Below are positions 48,603 to 57,578 of a stretch of DNA of 57,613 nt, in pieces (within the stretch, counting starts at the first letter, position 1; each line of letters begins with the position of its first letter). Made by a program: the position numbers and the translations under genes. Source of the DNA: Clostridiaceae bacterium (lineage in GTDB: Bacteria > Bacillota > Clostridia > DSM-8532); assembly GCA_012523705.1 (NCBI GenBank), contig JAAYTU010000089.1, positions 1 to 57,613 of the forward strand, in the 5' to 3' direction. The notes beneath the pieces are model-generated. The model saw only the letters and a program-made list of their open reading frames with translations, had not been told where the DNA came from and did not search any database.

Positions 48603-50030
48603 TTGCGAGAAGTTTACGAAAGCCCACTTAATACGCGATATGCCAGCAGAGAGATGCTGGAGTTGTTTTCACCGCAATATAAATTCAGGACATGGAGAAG
48701 GTTATGGATTGCATTAGCCGAAGCAGAAAAGGAACTTGGGCTTAATATTACAGATGAACAAATTGACGAGCTTAAGCGCTACAAGGATGATATAAATTAC
48801 GAGCTGGCTGAAAAGATCGAGAAGGAAACCCGTCATGATGTTATGTCGCATGTACATGCTTACGGGGCCCAATGTGAAAGCTCAAAGGGTATTATTCATC
48901 TTGGCGCCACTTCCTGTTACGTATGTGATAATACTGATATTATCACATATAATGAAGCCTTAAAGCTTATCAAGAAAAAAGTACTTTCCGTCATTTCAAA
49001 ATTGTCCCGATTTGCTGAAAAATATAAGGACATGCCAACACTTGGTTTTACCCATTATCAACCGGCTCAGCTTGTTACGGTGGGTAAAAGAGCATGCCTG
49101 TGGATAATGGAGCTGCTTCTTGATATTGAAGAATTAGATTTCGTTATCGATAATATTAAGCTATTAGGGAACAAGGGAACTACCGGAACACAAGCAAGCT
49201 TTTTGGCTTTGTTCAATGGAGACCATGATAAGGTAATTAAGCTTGAGAAGCTTATTGCTGAAAAGCTTAGATTTACTAATATCATCCCTGTTTCAGGGCA
49301 GACCTACTCAAGAAAACAGGATTCCCGCATTATTAATGCATTAAGTGCTGTTGCTCAAAGCGCATATAAATTCAGCAACGATATGAGACTTTTAGCTAAT
49401 CTCAAAGAGATGGAAGAACCCTTTGAAAAAAAGCAAATCGGCTCATCTGCAATGGCCTATAAAAGAAATCCTATGAGAAGTGAGCGAATTTCTTCTTTAG
49501 CACGATATGTTATCGTCAATGTGCTTAATCCTGCAATTACTGCTTCGACACAATGGTTTGAAAGAACACTGGACGATTCGGCTAATAAAAGGATTAGCAT
49601 GCCCGAGGCATTCTTAGCTGTTGATTCAATTTTAAATATATATAATAATATCGCTGACGGTATTGTTGTATATCCTAAAATAATCAATAAAAGAATCATG
49701 GAGGAACTGCCCTTTATGGCTACTGAGAATATTCTCATGGAAGCCGTCAAACGGGGCGGAGACAGACAGGAATTGCACGAGAGAATTCGCGTGCATTCTG
49801 TTGAGGCCGCTAGAATGGTAAAAGAGATGGGGCAGGCCAATGATCTTATCCAAAGAATCGCTGATGATCCTGTCTTTGGTATGAGCCTGGAAGAACTCAA
49901 TGCTATCCTGTCGCCAGAAAACTTTATAGGCCGTTGTATTGAGCAGGTTACAGAATTTCTTTCACAGGAAGTATATCCATTACTAAAGAAAAATAATGTA
50001 GTAGAAGAAACTATAGAATTAAAGGCTTAG
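48603..50030 (+). CDS. purB: adenylosuccinate lyase
   Basis: 475 aa, TTG start 8 nt after GGAGG. It has the fumarate-lyase superfamily signature GSSAMAYKRNP and the N-terminal YESPLNTRYAS typical of PurB. Confidence 0.95.
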   Translation: MREVYESPLNTRYASREMLELFSPQYKFRTWRRLWIALAEAEKELGLNITDEQIDELKRYKDDINYELAEKIEKETRHDVMSHVHAYGAQCESSKGIIHLGATSCYVCDNTDIITYNEALKLIKKKVLSVISKLSRFAEKYKDMPTLGFTHYQPAQLVTVGKRACLWIMELLLDIEELDFVIDNIKLLGNKGTTGTQASFLALFNGDHDKVIKLEKLIAEKLRFTNIIPVSGQTYSRKQDSRIINALSAVAQSAYKFSNDMRLLANLKEMEEPFEKKQIGSSAMAYKRNPMRSERISSLARYVIVNVLNPAITASTQWFERTLDDSANKRISMPEAFLAVDSILNIYNNIADGIVVYPKIINKRIMEELPFMATENILMEAVKRGGDRQELHERIRVHSVEAARMVKEMGQANDLIQRIADDPVFGMSLEELNAILSPENFIGRCIEQVTEFLSQEVYPLLKKNNVVEETIELKA

Positions 50031-50054
50031 ATGTAAAATAGATAATAAGCACTA

Positions 50055-50082
50055 TTGTTTATTATTTTATTAATGCTATAAT
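50055..50082 (+). promoter_or_regulatory. sigma-A-like promoter for the GntR-family gene
   Basis: TTGTTT (50055-50060), 16 nt, TATAAT (50077-50082). Confidence 0.45.
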
Positions 50083-50103
50083 ATTGTCATGTCATCTTAT
50101 TGT

Positions 50104-50118
50104 AAACATATCATGTTT
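50104..50118. promoter_or_regulatory. palindrome AAACAT-N3-ATGTTT between promoter and start codon of the GntR gene (candidate auto-operator)
   Basis: Perfect 6-bp arms at 50104-50109 and 50113-50118, located just downstream of the predicted -10. Confidence 0.3.
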
Positions 50119-50141
50119 TATAATTTACTGGAGGTCGCGTT

Positions 50142-50876
50142 ATGGTAGCAATTAACAAGTACAGCAACGTTCCGCTATACTGTCAATTGAAAAATCTTAT
50201 ACTAAAGAAAATCGAGCTCGGTGAGTTTGTTGCAGATGAGAGAATCCCTTCAGAACTAGATTTGTGTGAAAGGTATAATATTTCAAGACCTACCGTAAGA
50301 CAGGCTATAAATGAATTAACCACTACCGGTCATTTATATAAATTAAAGGGTAAGGGAACCTTTGTTGCTGCACAGAAAAATCATATTAACATCAAGGATT
50401 ATACCGGTTTTACCGATTCAATTTTAGATAGTAATAACCCGTCAGAAAAAGAGATATTTTCTATTGAAACTGTTTCGGGAAAGAATTATCCAAAAGTGGC
50501 TGAAGCTTTTGGATTAAAGCCGGAAGATAATCATGAATTTGCTGCTATAAGCTTCACTAATCTCGTGAACAATGATGTTATATCATATAATGTTTCATAC
50601 CTTCCATTAAGCTTATTTCCTGATATAAAAGAGGATATTCAGGATAATAAGGACGTTTTAAGAGGTAAATACCCATTAATACCATCAGTCTCAAAAAGCT
50701 CATTGGACATTATAAGTACCGATCAGAGAGAGGCAGCATATTTAAACATTCAACCAGGACAACCTCTTATCAGAATAAACAATCTTCTTTATTCCAAGAG
50801 CGGACAGCCCGTTGAGTACATAGTAACAAAATACAGGGCCGATAAAACCATATTACAATTTGAGAATCATAAATAA
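50142..50876 (+). CDS. GntR-family transcriptional regulator (HutC subfamily, UTRA effector domain)
   Basis: 244 aa with an N-terminal winged HTH (PSELDLCERYNISRPTVRQAINELTTTGHLYKLKGKGTFV) and a C-terminal UTRA-like domain. Confidence 0.85.
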   Translation: MVAINKYSNVPLYCQLKNLILKKIELGEFVADERIPSELDLCERYNISRPTVRQAINELTTTGHLYKLKGKGTFVAAQKNHINIKDYTGFTDSILDSNNPSEKEIFSIETVSGKNYPKVAEAFGLKPEDNHEFAAISFTNLVNNDVISYNVSYLPLSLFPDIKEDIQDNKDVLRGKYPLIPSVSKSSLDIISTDQREAAYLNIQPGQPLIRINNLLYSKSGQPVEYIVTKYRADKTILQFENHK

Positions 50877-50909
50877 TTTATAGCCATTATTTCATAAATC
50901 TATAATACC

Positions 50910-50942
50910 AAGCCGGCAGAGCTCAACTGCCGGCTTTATTCG
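50910..50942 (+). terminator. intrinsic terminator after the GntR gene
   Basis: AAGCCGGCAG (50910-50919), 7-nt loop, CTGCCGGCTT (50927-50936). This is a perfect 10-bp GC-rich stem followed by TATTCGTT. Confidence 0.65.
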
Positions 50943-51018
50943 TTCAGCAAGACAGACAAGACAAGTGACGGTCCCCCTGTCCTGTACAAAAAAATAATTA
51001 ATGTTTGAAATTTATTGA

Positions 51019-51047
51019 ATATATTTTTTATTGGTTCAATATACTTA
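51019..51047 (+). promoter_or_regulatory. sigma-E-like promoter candidate upstream of spoIVA
   Basis: ATATT (51021-51025), 14 nt, TATACTTA (51040-51047). Compare the Bacillus sigma-E consensus (km)ATATT-N14-CATACA-T. The -35 core is perfect and the -10 matches ATAC plus flanks. Confidence 0.3.
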
Positions 51048-51108
51048 TACTGACCATCATGGGTCATGCACCTTGCATGTACTGATAGATACCGAAGGGG
51101 GATTGGCT

Positions 51109-52590
51109 GTGGAGAGTTTATACAGCGTTTATAATGATATTGCTGAGAGAACCAGGGGTGATATATATCTTGGGGTTGTGGGGCCGGTAAGAACCGGTAA
51201 GTCAACTTTTATCAAGAAGTTTATGGATGCCTTAGTGGTTCCGAATATCAAGGATCCATACGATAGAGAAAGGGCAATAGATGAAACGCCACAAAGTGCA
51301 TCGGGACGAATGATAATGACAACTGAGCCAAAATTCATCCCCAACGAAGCAGTCACTGTCGCATTAGAAGATGATATTGAATTTAAGGTTCGTCTGGTTG
51401 ACTGTGTCGGTTTTATGGTTAAAAGTGCAGTTGGTCATATGGAGGATGAATTGCCGAGGATGATTAAAACACCCTGGTCCGAATATGAGATTCCTTTTGA
51501 AGAAGCTGCCGCAATAGGAACACGAAAGGTCATAAAAGAACATTCTACCATTGGGATAATGATTACTGCTGATGGCTCCTTTACTCAGTTTTCAAGAAAC
51601 GAATACCAGGAGTCCGAGGAAAAAGTATTAATAGAATTAAAAGAGTCAGGAAAGCCTTTTGTTATTCTATTAAATACTGCTGCACCGGATTCTCCTGAAA
51701 CGAAGGAACTTGCTAAAGAGCTTAGTGAAAAATACTCAAAAACAGTTATTCCTGTTGATTGTTTGAATTTAAATATCCAATCCATTAATAAAATAATGAA
51801 TGGTATTCTATTAGACTTTCCTGTTCGGGAGATATGTTTTAACCTGCCTGAATGGATCCTTTCCCTTGACGGCGAGCACTGGCTCCGGAGGGATATGTTG
51901 TCTGCCATCAAGGATTCATTTATTGACAGACCAACACTGCAATTAACCTACGAGGCTGCAGATAAGCTCAATACATATGAGTTCCTCGAATGCGCAAAAT
52001 TAAGCAATATCAGGATGGGAAGCGGACAATTAAACATTGATATTAAGCCGGCTGATAATCTGTTTTATCGTATCGTAAAGGAAGAAACCGGTCTTGAGAT
52101 TGATGGTGAGAAGCGTTTGTTCAGTGTGCTTAAAGAATTATCCTCCATCAAAAAAGAGTATTTGAAGGTTGAAGAGGCCCTAGAAGAGGTCAGAACAAAA
52201 GGCTATGGGGTCGTAACGCCAAGGCTTGAGGAGTTAACCTTAGAGCCGCCTGAAATGGTCCGGCAGGGTACCCGCTTTGGAATCAAGCTAAGGGCAAGCG
52301 CTCCTTCAATACATATGATTAGGGCAGATATTGAGACTGAAATAGCACCTTTAGTAGGCTCAGAGAAGCAGTCAGAGGAACTTGTGAATTATCTGTTAAA
52401 GGAATTTGAGGGAACCCCTGAAAAGCTCTGGGAATCTAACATATTCGGAAAATCCCTCCATGAGCTTATTACTGAGGGGCTCCAGAATAAGCTTTATAAG
52501 ATGCCTGAGGATGCTCAGTTGAAGCTTCAGGAGACATTGCAGAAAATAATTAATGAGGGAAGTGGAGGATTGATCTGCATTATTCTTTAA
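51109..52590 (+). CDS. spoIVA: stage IV sporulation protein A (spore-coat basement-layer ATPase)
   Basis: GTG 51109 lies 7 nt after GAAGGGGG and gives (M)ESLYSVYNDIAERTRGDIYLGVVGPVRTGKSTFIKKFM, about 493 aa, matching canonical SpoIVA length and its Walker A. The track start at 51031 adds 26 non-conserved residues. Confidence 0.92.
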   Translation: MESLYSVYNDIAERTRGDIYLGVVGPVRTGKSTFIKKFMDALVVPNIKDPYDRERAIDETPQSASGRMIMTTEPKFIPNEAVTVALEDDIEFKVRLVDCVGFMVKSAVGHMEDELPRMIKTPWSEYEIPFEEAAAIGTRKVIKEHSTIGIMITADGSFTQFSRNEYQESEEKVLIELKESGKPFVILLNTAAPDSPETKELAKELSEKYSKTVIPVDCLNLNIQSINKIMNGILLDFPVREICFNLPEWILSLDGEHWLRRDMLSAIKDSFIDRPTLQLTYEAADKLNTYEFLECAKLSNIRMGSGQLNIDIKPADNLFYRIVKEETGLEIDGEKRLFSVLKELSSIKKEYLKVEEALEEVRTKGYGVVTPRLEELTLEPPEMVRQGTRFGIKLRASAPSIHMIRADIETEIAPLVGSEKQSEELVNYLLKEFEGTPEKLWESNIFGKSLHELITEGLQNKLYKMPEDAQLKLQETLQKIINEGSGGLICIIL

Positions 52591-52617
52591 TGATAAATAG
52601 ATGTCTGATTTCTAATC

Positions 52618-52651
52618 AAAAGCTCTATTAGTATATAATAGGGCTTTTATT
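52618..52651 (+). terminator. intrinsic terminator after spoIVA
   Basis: AAAGCTCTATTA (52618-52629), loop GTATA, TAATAGGGCTTT (52635-52646). This gives 12 bp with one G-U, followed by TATTTATT. Confidence 0.65.
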
Positions 52652-52724
52652 TATTGAATAGAGGATTATCATATGAAAAAGTGGTATAATATTCTTAATA
52701 ACACCTAGAAAGGAGATTGTTTAT

Positions 52725-54182
52725 ATGCTAGAGACATCAGGTGATAAGAAAAAATCAGAAAGAACAAAAAAGAAAAATGACATTGATAATAAATATGAAG
52801 AATTAACCTATAAAACAACCAATGCTTGGGATAATCCTCATTTTGACAAAAAAAGCATCAATGCATTGATTGAAGATTATAAAGCTTTTATGAATAAAGC
52901 AAAAACAGAAAGAGAGTTCATTAAGGAAAGTGTTGCTCTTGCAAAAAAGAACAAATTCAAAAACCTTGATGAGATTTCCGAGGGCAGCCTTAAGCCTGGA
53001 GACAAAGTATATCGAGTGGTTAAAGATAGACTGATGCTTCTTTCGGTAATTGGCCAAAGGCCTGCAGAAGAAGGCACCAGAATAGTTGGAGCCCATGTAG
53101 ACTCTCCTAGAATCGATATAAAGCAAAATCCCTTATATGAATCTACCGATATGGTTTTCTTTAAAACACACTATTATGGTGGAATAAAGAAATATCAATG
53201 GCTAGCAATTCCTCTTGCTTTACATGGTGTAATCATAAAAGCAGATGGTACAAAGGTAGAAATCAATATCGGCGAAGAAGATGATGATCCCGTCTTTACC
53301 ATCACTGATTTGTTGCCTCATCTTGCTAAGGACCAAGTTTCACAAAAGGTAAGTGAAGCCTTTAAGGGAGAAAACATGAATGCCCTGATTGGTTCTGAGC
53401 CTATAGGCAATGAGGATGATAAGGATCGTTTCAAAAACAATATATTAAAGCTATTAAACGATAAATATGGGATAGTTGAAGAGGATCTTGTCTCCTCGGA
53501 GCTTCAGCTTGTACCTGCCTTTAAAGCACGGGATGTTGGTTTTGATAGAAGTATGGTTGGCGCCTATGCGCATGATGACAGAATATGCGCATATCCTGCC
53601 CTTATGGCAATCCTGGAAACTAAAAAGCCTGAATATACCGCAATAACATATCTCACCGATAAAGAGGAGATAGGTAGTGTAGGCAATACCGGTGCTGAAT
53701 CAAGAGCATTGGAAAACTTCATTGCTGATCTTTGCGCCTTTACAACTAAAAAGCAATACTCTGACCGTTTGGTCAGAGCTTCCCTTGACAGGTCAAAAAT
53801 GCTTTCAGCAGATGTAAATGCTGCAATGGATCCTAACTATGAAGGTACTCATGATAGGCTAAATGCCGGATATTTAGGCAAGGGCATAGCAATAATGAAA
53901 TATAGCGGCTCAAGAGGTAAATCCGGAGCCAGCGATGCAAGTGCTGAGTATTTAGGCGAAATCAGAAGACTATTTAATGAAAATAATATCCCCTGGCATA
54001 TTACTGAGCTTGGTGCAGTTGATAAGGGAGGCGGAGGAACAATTGCCATGATGATTGCTAATCTTGGCGTGGATGTAATTGATGTCGGTGTTCCCATTCT
54101 TTCCATGCACTCACCCTTTGAGGTGGCAAGCAAGGCTGATATTTATGCCGCATACAGAGGATATTGTGTGTTCCTCGAATAA
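52725..54182 (+). CDS. M18-family aminopeptidase
   Basis: 485 aa, SD GAAAGGAG. Patterns typical of M18/aminopeptidase I-like enzymes are present (GAHVDSPR, HDDRICAY, DKEEIGS, SMHSPFE). It has a lysine-rich ~25-aa N-terminal extension. Confidence 0.8.
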   Translation: MLETSGDKKKSERTKKKNDIDNKYEELTYKTTNAWDNPHFDKKSINALIEDYKAFMNKAKTEREFIKESVALAKKNKFKNLDEISEGSLKPGDKVYRVVKDRLMLLSVIGQRPAEEGTRIVGAHVDSPRIDIKQNPLYESTDMVFFKTHYYGGIKKYQWLAIPLALHGVIIKADGTKVEINIGEEDDDPVFTITDLLPHLAKDQVSQKVSEAFKGENMNALIGSEPIGNEDDKDRFKNNILKLLNDKYGIVEEDLVSSELQLVPAFKARDVGFDRSMVGAYAHDDRICAYPALMAILETKKPEYTAITYLTDKEEIGSVGNTGAESRALENFIADLCAFTTKKQYSDRLVRASLDRSKMLSADVNAAMDPNYEGTHDRLNAGYLGKGIAIMKYSGSRGKSGASDASAEYLGEIRRLFNENNIPWHITELGAVDKGGGGTIAMMIANLGVDVIDVGVPILSMHSPFEVASKADIYAAYRGYCVFLE

Positions 54183-54210
54183 TTCTCTCTGAATAATCCT
54201 CTCTAAATAA

Positions 54211-55227
54211 TTATAGATTACCACTGTCTTCCTCCTTGCTTTGGCTAGAGCCATTGCCGGGAGGAGAGATAGAGGATAGGGGATTACTGTTTACAGCCTC
54301 TCTAAGCTGTTCGTCATCTAAATGTGTGTAAATCTCGGTAGTAGCGATGCTTTCATGACCAAGAATAGCCTGTAAAGCTCTAATATCAACATTTCCGTGC
54401 TTATACATTAATGTTGCTGCTGTATGTCGGAGCTTATGAGGTGAATACTTGTCCGCATCAAGGCCTGCATTTTTGATATGCTTTTTAACCAGATATTGTA
54501 CTGTTTTAGGGCTAATGCGGACCTTACGCTCGCTCAGAAAGAGGGCCTTGGGATCCTTGATACCCTGCATTTTATTACGTTCCACCAAATAATTATCAAT
54601 AGCTTCTCTGCAGGCTTTATTCAAATAAACAGTACGTTCCTTGTTTCCTTTACCAATCACAGTAAGAGTATCACCCTTAATGCTATTTACATTTATTCCC
54701 ACCAATTCTGATAAACGCATACCGCAATTGAGAAACAGGGTAATTATAGCATAATCTCTGGCAGTATTTTTTTTACCTTCGATGCTTTGTAACAGCTTTA
54801 AACTTTCATCAAGCTTTAAATACTTAGGCAGCCTTTTTACAAGCTTAGGAGAATCCAGCTCTGTGGTTGGATTATGATCAATTATTTTAACCTTATTATG
54901 TAGGTATTTATAGAAAGATCTTAAACAGGAAACCTTACGGGAACGGGTAACGGCTGTATTATCAAGTTCACGGCTGGTATAGGATAAAAAGCCATATAAA
55001 TCAGTAAGATTAATTTTTTTCAAGTCTTCAGCTGTAATATCATCAACGGCAATATTCTTAAAATCATTTTCATCTGCGTTATATTTGATTACCTTAATAT
55101 AACGGAAGAAAGTCCGTAAATCATAGTAATATTCTGAAACGGTTTTCTTTGAAGTATTTTTTATTGTGAGCATATAGTTTAAATACTCAATTGCAATATC
55201 GGGTAAATCATTAAAGTCAAGATTCAT
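54211..55227 (-). CDS. tyrosine site-specific recombinase (XerC/XerD-like)
   Basis: It has an N-terminal SAM-like core-binding domain. The catalytic residues are R (GMRLSEL), HKLRHT, LGHESIATT and Y (EIYTH). ATG 55227 lies 7 nt after GAGGTG; the track start 55242 lies inside that SD region. It has an unusual Ser/Gly/Glu-rich C-terminal tail. Confidence 0.85.
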   Translation of the reverse strand: MNLDFNDLPDIAIEYLNYMLTIKNTSKKTVSEYYYDLRTFFRYIKVIKYNADENDFKNIAVDDITAEDLKKINLTDLYGFLSYTSRELDNTAVTRSRKVSCLRSFYKYLHNKVKIIDHNPTTELDSPKLVKRLPKYLKLDESLKLLQSIEGKKNTARDYAIITLFLNCGMRLSELVGINVNSIKGDTLTVIGKGNKERTVYLNKACREAIDNYLVERNKMQGIKDPKALFLSERKVRISPKTVQYLVKKHIKNAGLDADKYSPHKLRHTAATLMYKHGNVDIRALQAILGHESIATTEIYTHLDDEQLREAVNSNPLSSISPPGNGSSQSKEEDSGNL

Positions 55228-55532
55228 GGTTAAGCACCTCATAAGAAGGAATAATTTAATAGTTTTATGAATATTGATTAATTCTTATAATTTATAGCTG
55301 CGTCAGTTCAATTTTTTAGAATAATCTTATGTATAATATAGTTCTTTACCATATATTATATCACACTCCACTCCCAATTGAACAAAATTTTTATTTTGTC
55401 TAATGTAATATTTCATTTTTAACTATAATTATATAATTAAATAGCCTCTAACCCTCTATCTACGCTCTTCTTAGAAATATATCGGACATTTTAAGGTTTT
55501 AGATTAAGGAAAAATAATTAATTGATATAACA

Positions 55533-55563
55533 AAAGGACTAAACGAATACGGTTTAGTCCTTT
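55533..55563 (-). terminator. intrinsic terminator after frr (minus strand)
   Basis: Plus-strand AAAGGACTAAAC (55533-55544) pairs with GTTTAGTCCTTT (55552-55563), 12 bp perfect with a 7-nt loop. On the minus strand the stem is followed by TGTTATAT, with three Us inside the stem end. Confidence 0.6.
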
Positions 55564-55578
55564 CAAATAACAATCCTG

Positions 55579-56133
55579 TTATATCTCCATTATTTCATCT
55601 ATCTTAGCTTCGATAGTTTTATCAACCTTTTCTATATATTCATCAGTGAATTTTTGTATGTCCTTTTCTGAATTCTTAAGATCGTCCTCGGTTATTTCCT
55701 TGGCCTTCTCTTTTTTCTTAAATGTGTCTACTGCCTCACGACGAATCTGGCGAATTGCAATCTTACAATTCTCACCTAATTTCTTGACATCCTTCGTAAG
55801 ATCTATTCTCCTCTCCTCTGTCAGAGGCGGGAATACCAGGCGAATAACCTTTCCGTCATTATTAGGGTTAATGCCTAAATCAGACATTTGAATAGCTCTG
55901 ATGACGTCATTTAGTATTTTGGTGTCCCAAGGCTGTATCACAATCTGTCTTGCTTCTGGTACTTGAATATTAGCAAGCTGGGTAACTGGTGTAGGCGTTC
56001 CATAATAATCAACAGAAATCTTATCCAGTAACCGAGGATTCGCTCTTCCTGCTCTGATGCTGCCTAATTCATCCTTTAATACATTCAAAGACTTTTCCAT
56101 TTTTCTTGTAAACTCATTATAATCGCTAGACAT
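55579..56133 (-). CDS. frr: ribosome recycling factor
   Basis: ATG 56133 follows GGGAGGTTTAATGAA on the minus strand. The product is 185 aa, begins MSSDYNEFTRKMEKSLNVLKDELGSIRAGRANP and is canonical RRF. The track start at 56178 overlaps pyrH. Confidence 0.95.
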   Translation of the reverse strand: MSSDYNEFTRKMEKSLNVLKDELGSIRAGRANPRLLDKISVDYYGTPTPVTQLANIQVPEARQIVIQPWDTKILNDVIRAIQMSDLGINPNNDGKVIRLVFPPLTEERRIDLTKDVKKLGENCKIAIRQIRREAVDTFKKKEKAKEITEDDLKNSEKDIQKFTDEYIEKVDKTIEAKIDEIMEI

Positions 56134-56137
56134 TTCA

Positions 56138-56851
56138 TTAAACCTCCCTTGCAACAAATGTACCAACATTCTCCCCATTTAAAACCTTAATTATATTCTC
56201 TGGCTCATTAATACTAAATACCATTAATGGTATATTATTATCCATACAAAGAGATGTGGCTGTAGAATCCATTACTCCTAATTGACGCTGCAGGACTTCA
56301 AAATAAGAAATCTTATCAAATCTCTTAGCATCAGGATTTTTCTTCGGATCACTATCATATACCGCATCAACATTTTTAGCTAGCAGAATAACATCTGCAT
56401 CTATTTCAGCGGCTCTAAGTGCAGCTGCTGTATCTGTGGAAAAATATGGGTTGCCTGTTCCGCAGGCAAAGATAACTACCCTGTTCTTTTCAAGATGTCT
56501 AACTGCTTTCCGTCTGATATAGGGTTCTGCGATTCTTGGCATATCAATGGCAGTTTGTACTCTGGTGGGTACTCCTCTGGATTCAAGAGCATCCTGCAGA
56601 GCTAAGGAGTTCATAATAGTAGCGAGCATTCCCATATGGTCTGCAGTAGTTCTATCCATATCATTACTGCTACGGCCTCTCCAGAAGTTGCCCCCTCCCA
56701 CTACTATGCCTATTTCAATGCCCAGATCCCATGCAGATTTTACTTTGTCGCTGATGTTTCCTAAAACCTCGGAATTGATTCCAAAACCTTGTTTTGCTGA
56801 CAGAGCCTCACCGCTAATTTTTAACATAATGCGTTTAAATCTTAATCCCAT
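56138..56851 (-). CDS. pyrH: UMP kinase
   Basis: ATG 56851 follows GGAGGACTT. The product begins [17 protein letters not shown] and is 237 aa, with the amino-acid kinase fold and GGGNFWRG and [10 protein letters not shown] motifs. Confidence 0.95.
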   Translation of the reverse strand: MGLRFKRIMLKISGEALSAKQGFGINSEVLGNISDKVKSAWDLGIEIGIVVGGGNFWRGRSSNDMDRTTADHMGMLATIMNSLALQDALESRGVPTRVQTAIDMPRIAEPYIRRKAVRHLEKNRVVIFACGTGNPYFSTDTAAALRAAEIDADVILLAKNVDAVYDSDPKKNPDAKRFDKISYFEVLQRQLGVMDSTATSLCMDNNIPLMVFSINEPENIIKVLNGENVGTFVAREV

Positions 56852-56930
56852 AAGTCCTCCATAAAATACAAAAGTATTTGTTAGGAAAAGGAGGTATATG
56901 ATCTTAATCAATATACCCCCTTTATTTGTC

Positions 56931-57578
56931 TTACTTAATCTGTTTCATAACCTCATCGGCGAAGTTTTCTTCTTTCTTTTCAATTCCCTCGCCCATTTCA
57001 AAACGAGCAAATCTTCTAATATTAATGTTCTCGCCTATCGTTGAAATTTTTTCTTTTAGAACCTGTTCTACTGTCTTGTCGTTCTCTTTAATGAAAGGTT
57101 GCTCTAAGAGGCAAATTTCATTGTAATACTTTTCAATTCTTCCGTTAACCATTTTTTCAGCTATGTGCTCAGGTTTACCCTCGTTAATAGCTTGTACCTT
57201 AAGAATTTCCTTTTCCTTTTCAATAATATCTGCCGGAACTTCTTCTCTTCTAACATATTGGGGGTTCATAGCTGCTATCTGCATAGCAATGTCTTTTACA
57301 AATGCACGGAAATCTTCATTTTTAGCAGCAAAGTCTGTCTCAATATTTACTTCAACAAGAACGCCTATGCGCCCGCCGCCGTGAATATAGGACTCTACAA
57401 TACCTTCAGAAGCAATTCTTCCGGACTTATTAGCAGCTTTAGCAATACCCTTTTCACGAAGATACTCTATAGCCTTTTCTATATCACCATTAGTCTCCAC
57501 AAGAGCCTTTTTACAATCCATCATTCCGGCTCCGGTGCGATCACGGAGATCTTTTACCATACTAGCACTAATACTCAT
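56931..57578 (-). CDS. tsf: translation elongation factor Ts
   Basis: 215 aa (short form). It has the N-terminal UBA-like [22 protein letters not shown]. The SD is AGGAGGATTATTAA. It lies upstream of pyrH-frr in the conserved order. Confidence 0.95.
   Translation of the reverse strand: MSISASMVKDLRDRTGAGMMDCKKALVETNGDIEKAIEYLREKGIAKAANKSGRIASEGIVESYIHGGGRIGVLVEVNIETDFAAKNEDFRAFVKDIAMQIAAMNPQYVRREEVPADIIEKEKEILKVQAINEGKPEHIAEKMVNGRIEKYYNEICLLEQPFIKENDKTVEQVLKEKISTIGENINIRRFARFEMGEGIEKKEENFADEVMKQIK

Noticed and set aside
51031-51108. N-terminal extensions suggested by the ORF track. Examples are spoIVA from 51031, spoIIAA from 1049, frr from 56178, pyrH from 56911, aroA from 41594, pta from 35687 and ask from 38081.
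   Set aside because: The extensions lack SD sequences, encode non-conserved residues, and in several cases overlap upstream genes or promoters. Internal starts with good SDs reproduce the canonical family N-termini.
50936-51205. 89-aa minus-strand ORF spanning the gntR terminator and the spoIVA start.
   Set aside because: It overlaps a terminator hairpin and the conserved SpoIVA N-terminus on the other strand. It has no SD and no family resemblance.
52664-52699. 11-codon mini-ORF (MKKWYNILNNT) upstream of the aminopeptidase gene. Other mini-ORFs of fewer than 30 codons occur in intergenic regions (for example 20308-20400 and the minus strand of 55330-55420).
   Set aside because: None has an SD or a conserved-looking peptide. 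The 52664 ATG lies within the probable extended -10 promoter region (TGgTATAAT at 52682-52690) of the aminopeptidase gene.
55311-55338. dif-like motif ATTTTTTAGAA-TAATC-TTATGTATAAT in the spacer upstream of the Xer-like recombinase. Compare Bacillus dif ACTTCCTAGAA-TATATA-TTATGTAAACT.
   Set aside because: The two arms match at 8/11 and 9/11 positions only if the central region is 5 bp, whereas Xer sites need 6-8 bp. In the 6-bp register the right arm no longer matches. The right arm also reads as an ordinary TATAAT box in AT-rich DNA. It is worth re-testing only with a proper dif model and GC-skew context.
54183-55578. Integrative mobile element around the tyrosine recombinase.
   Set aside because: There are no cargo genes, excisionase, flanking direct repeats or tRNA target. 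The only similarity between the two flanks is a short AT-rich string (AATTATAG) consistent with chance. It is kept only as a synteny-break observation.
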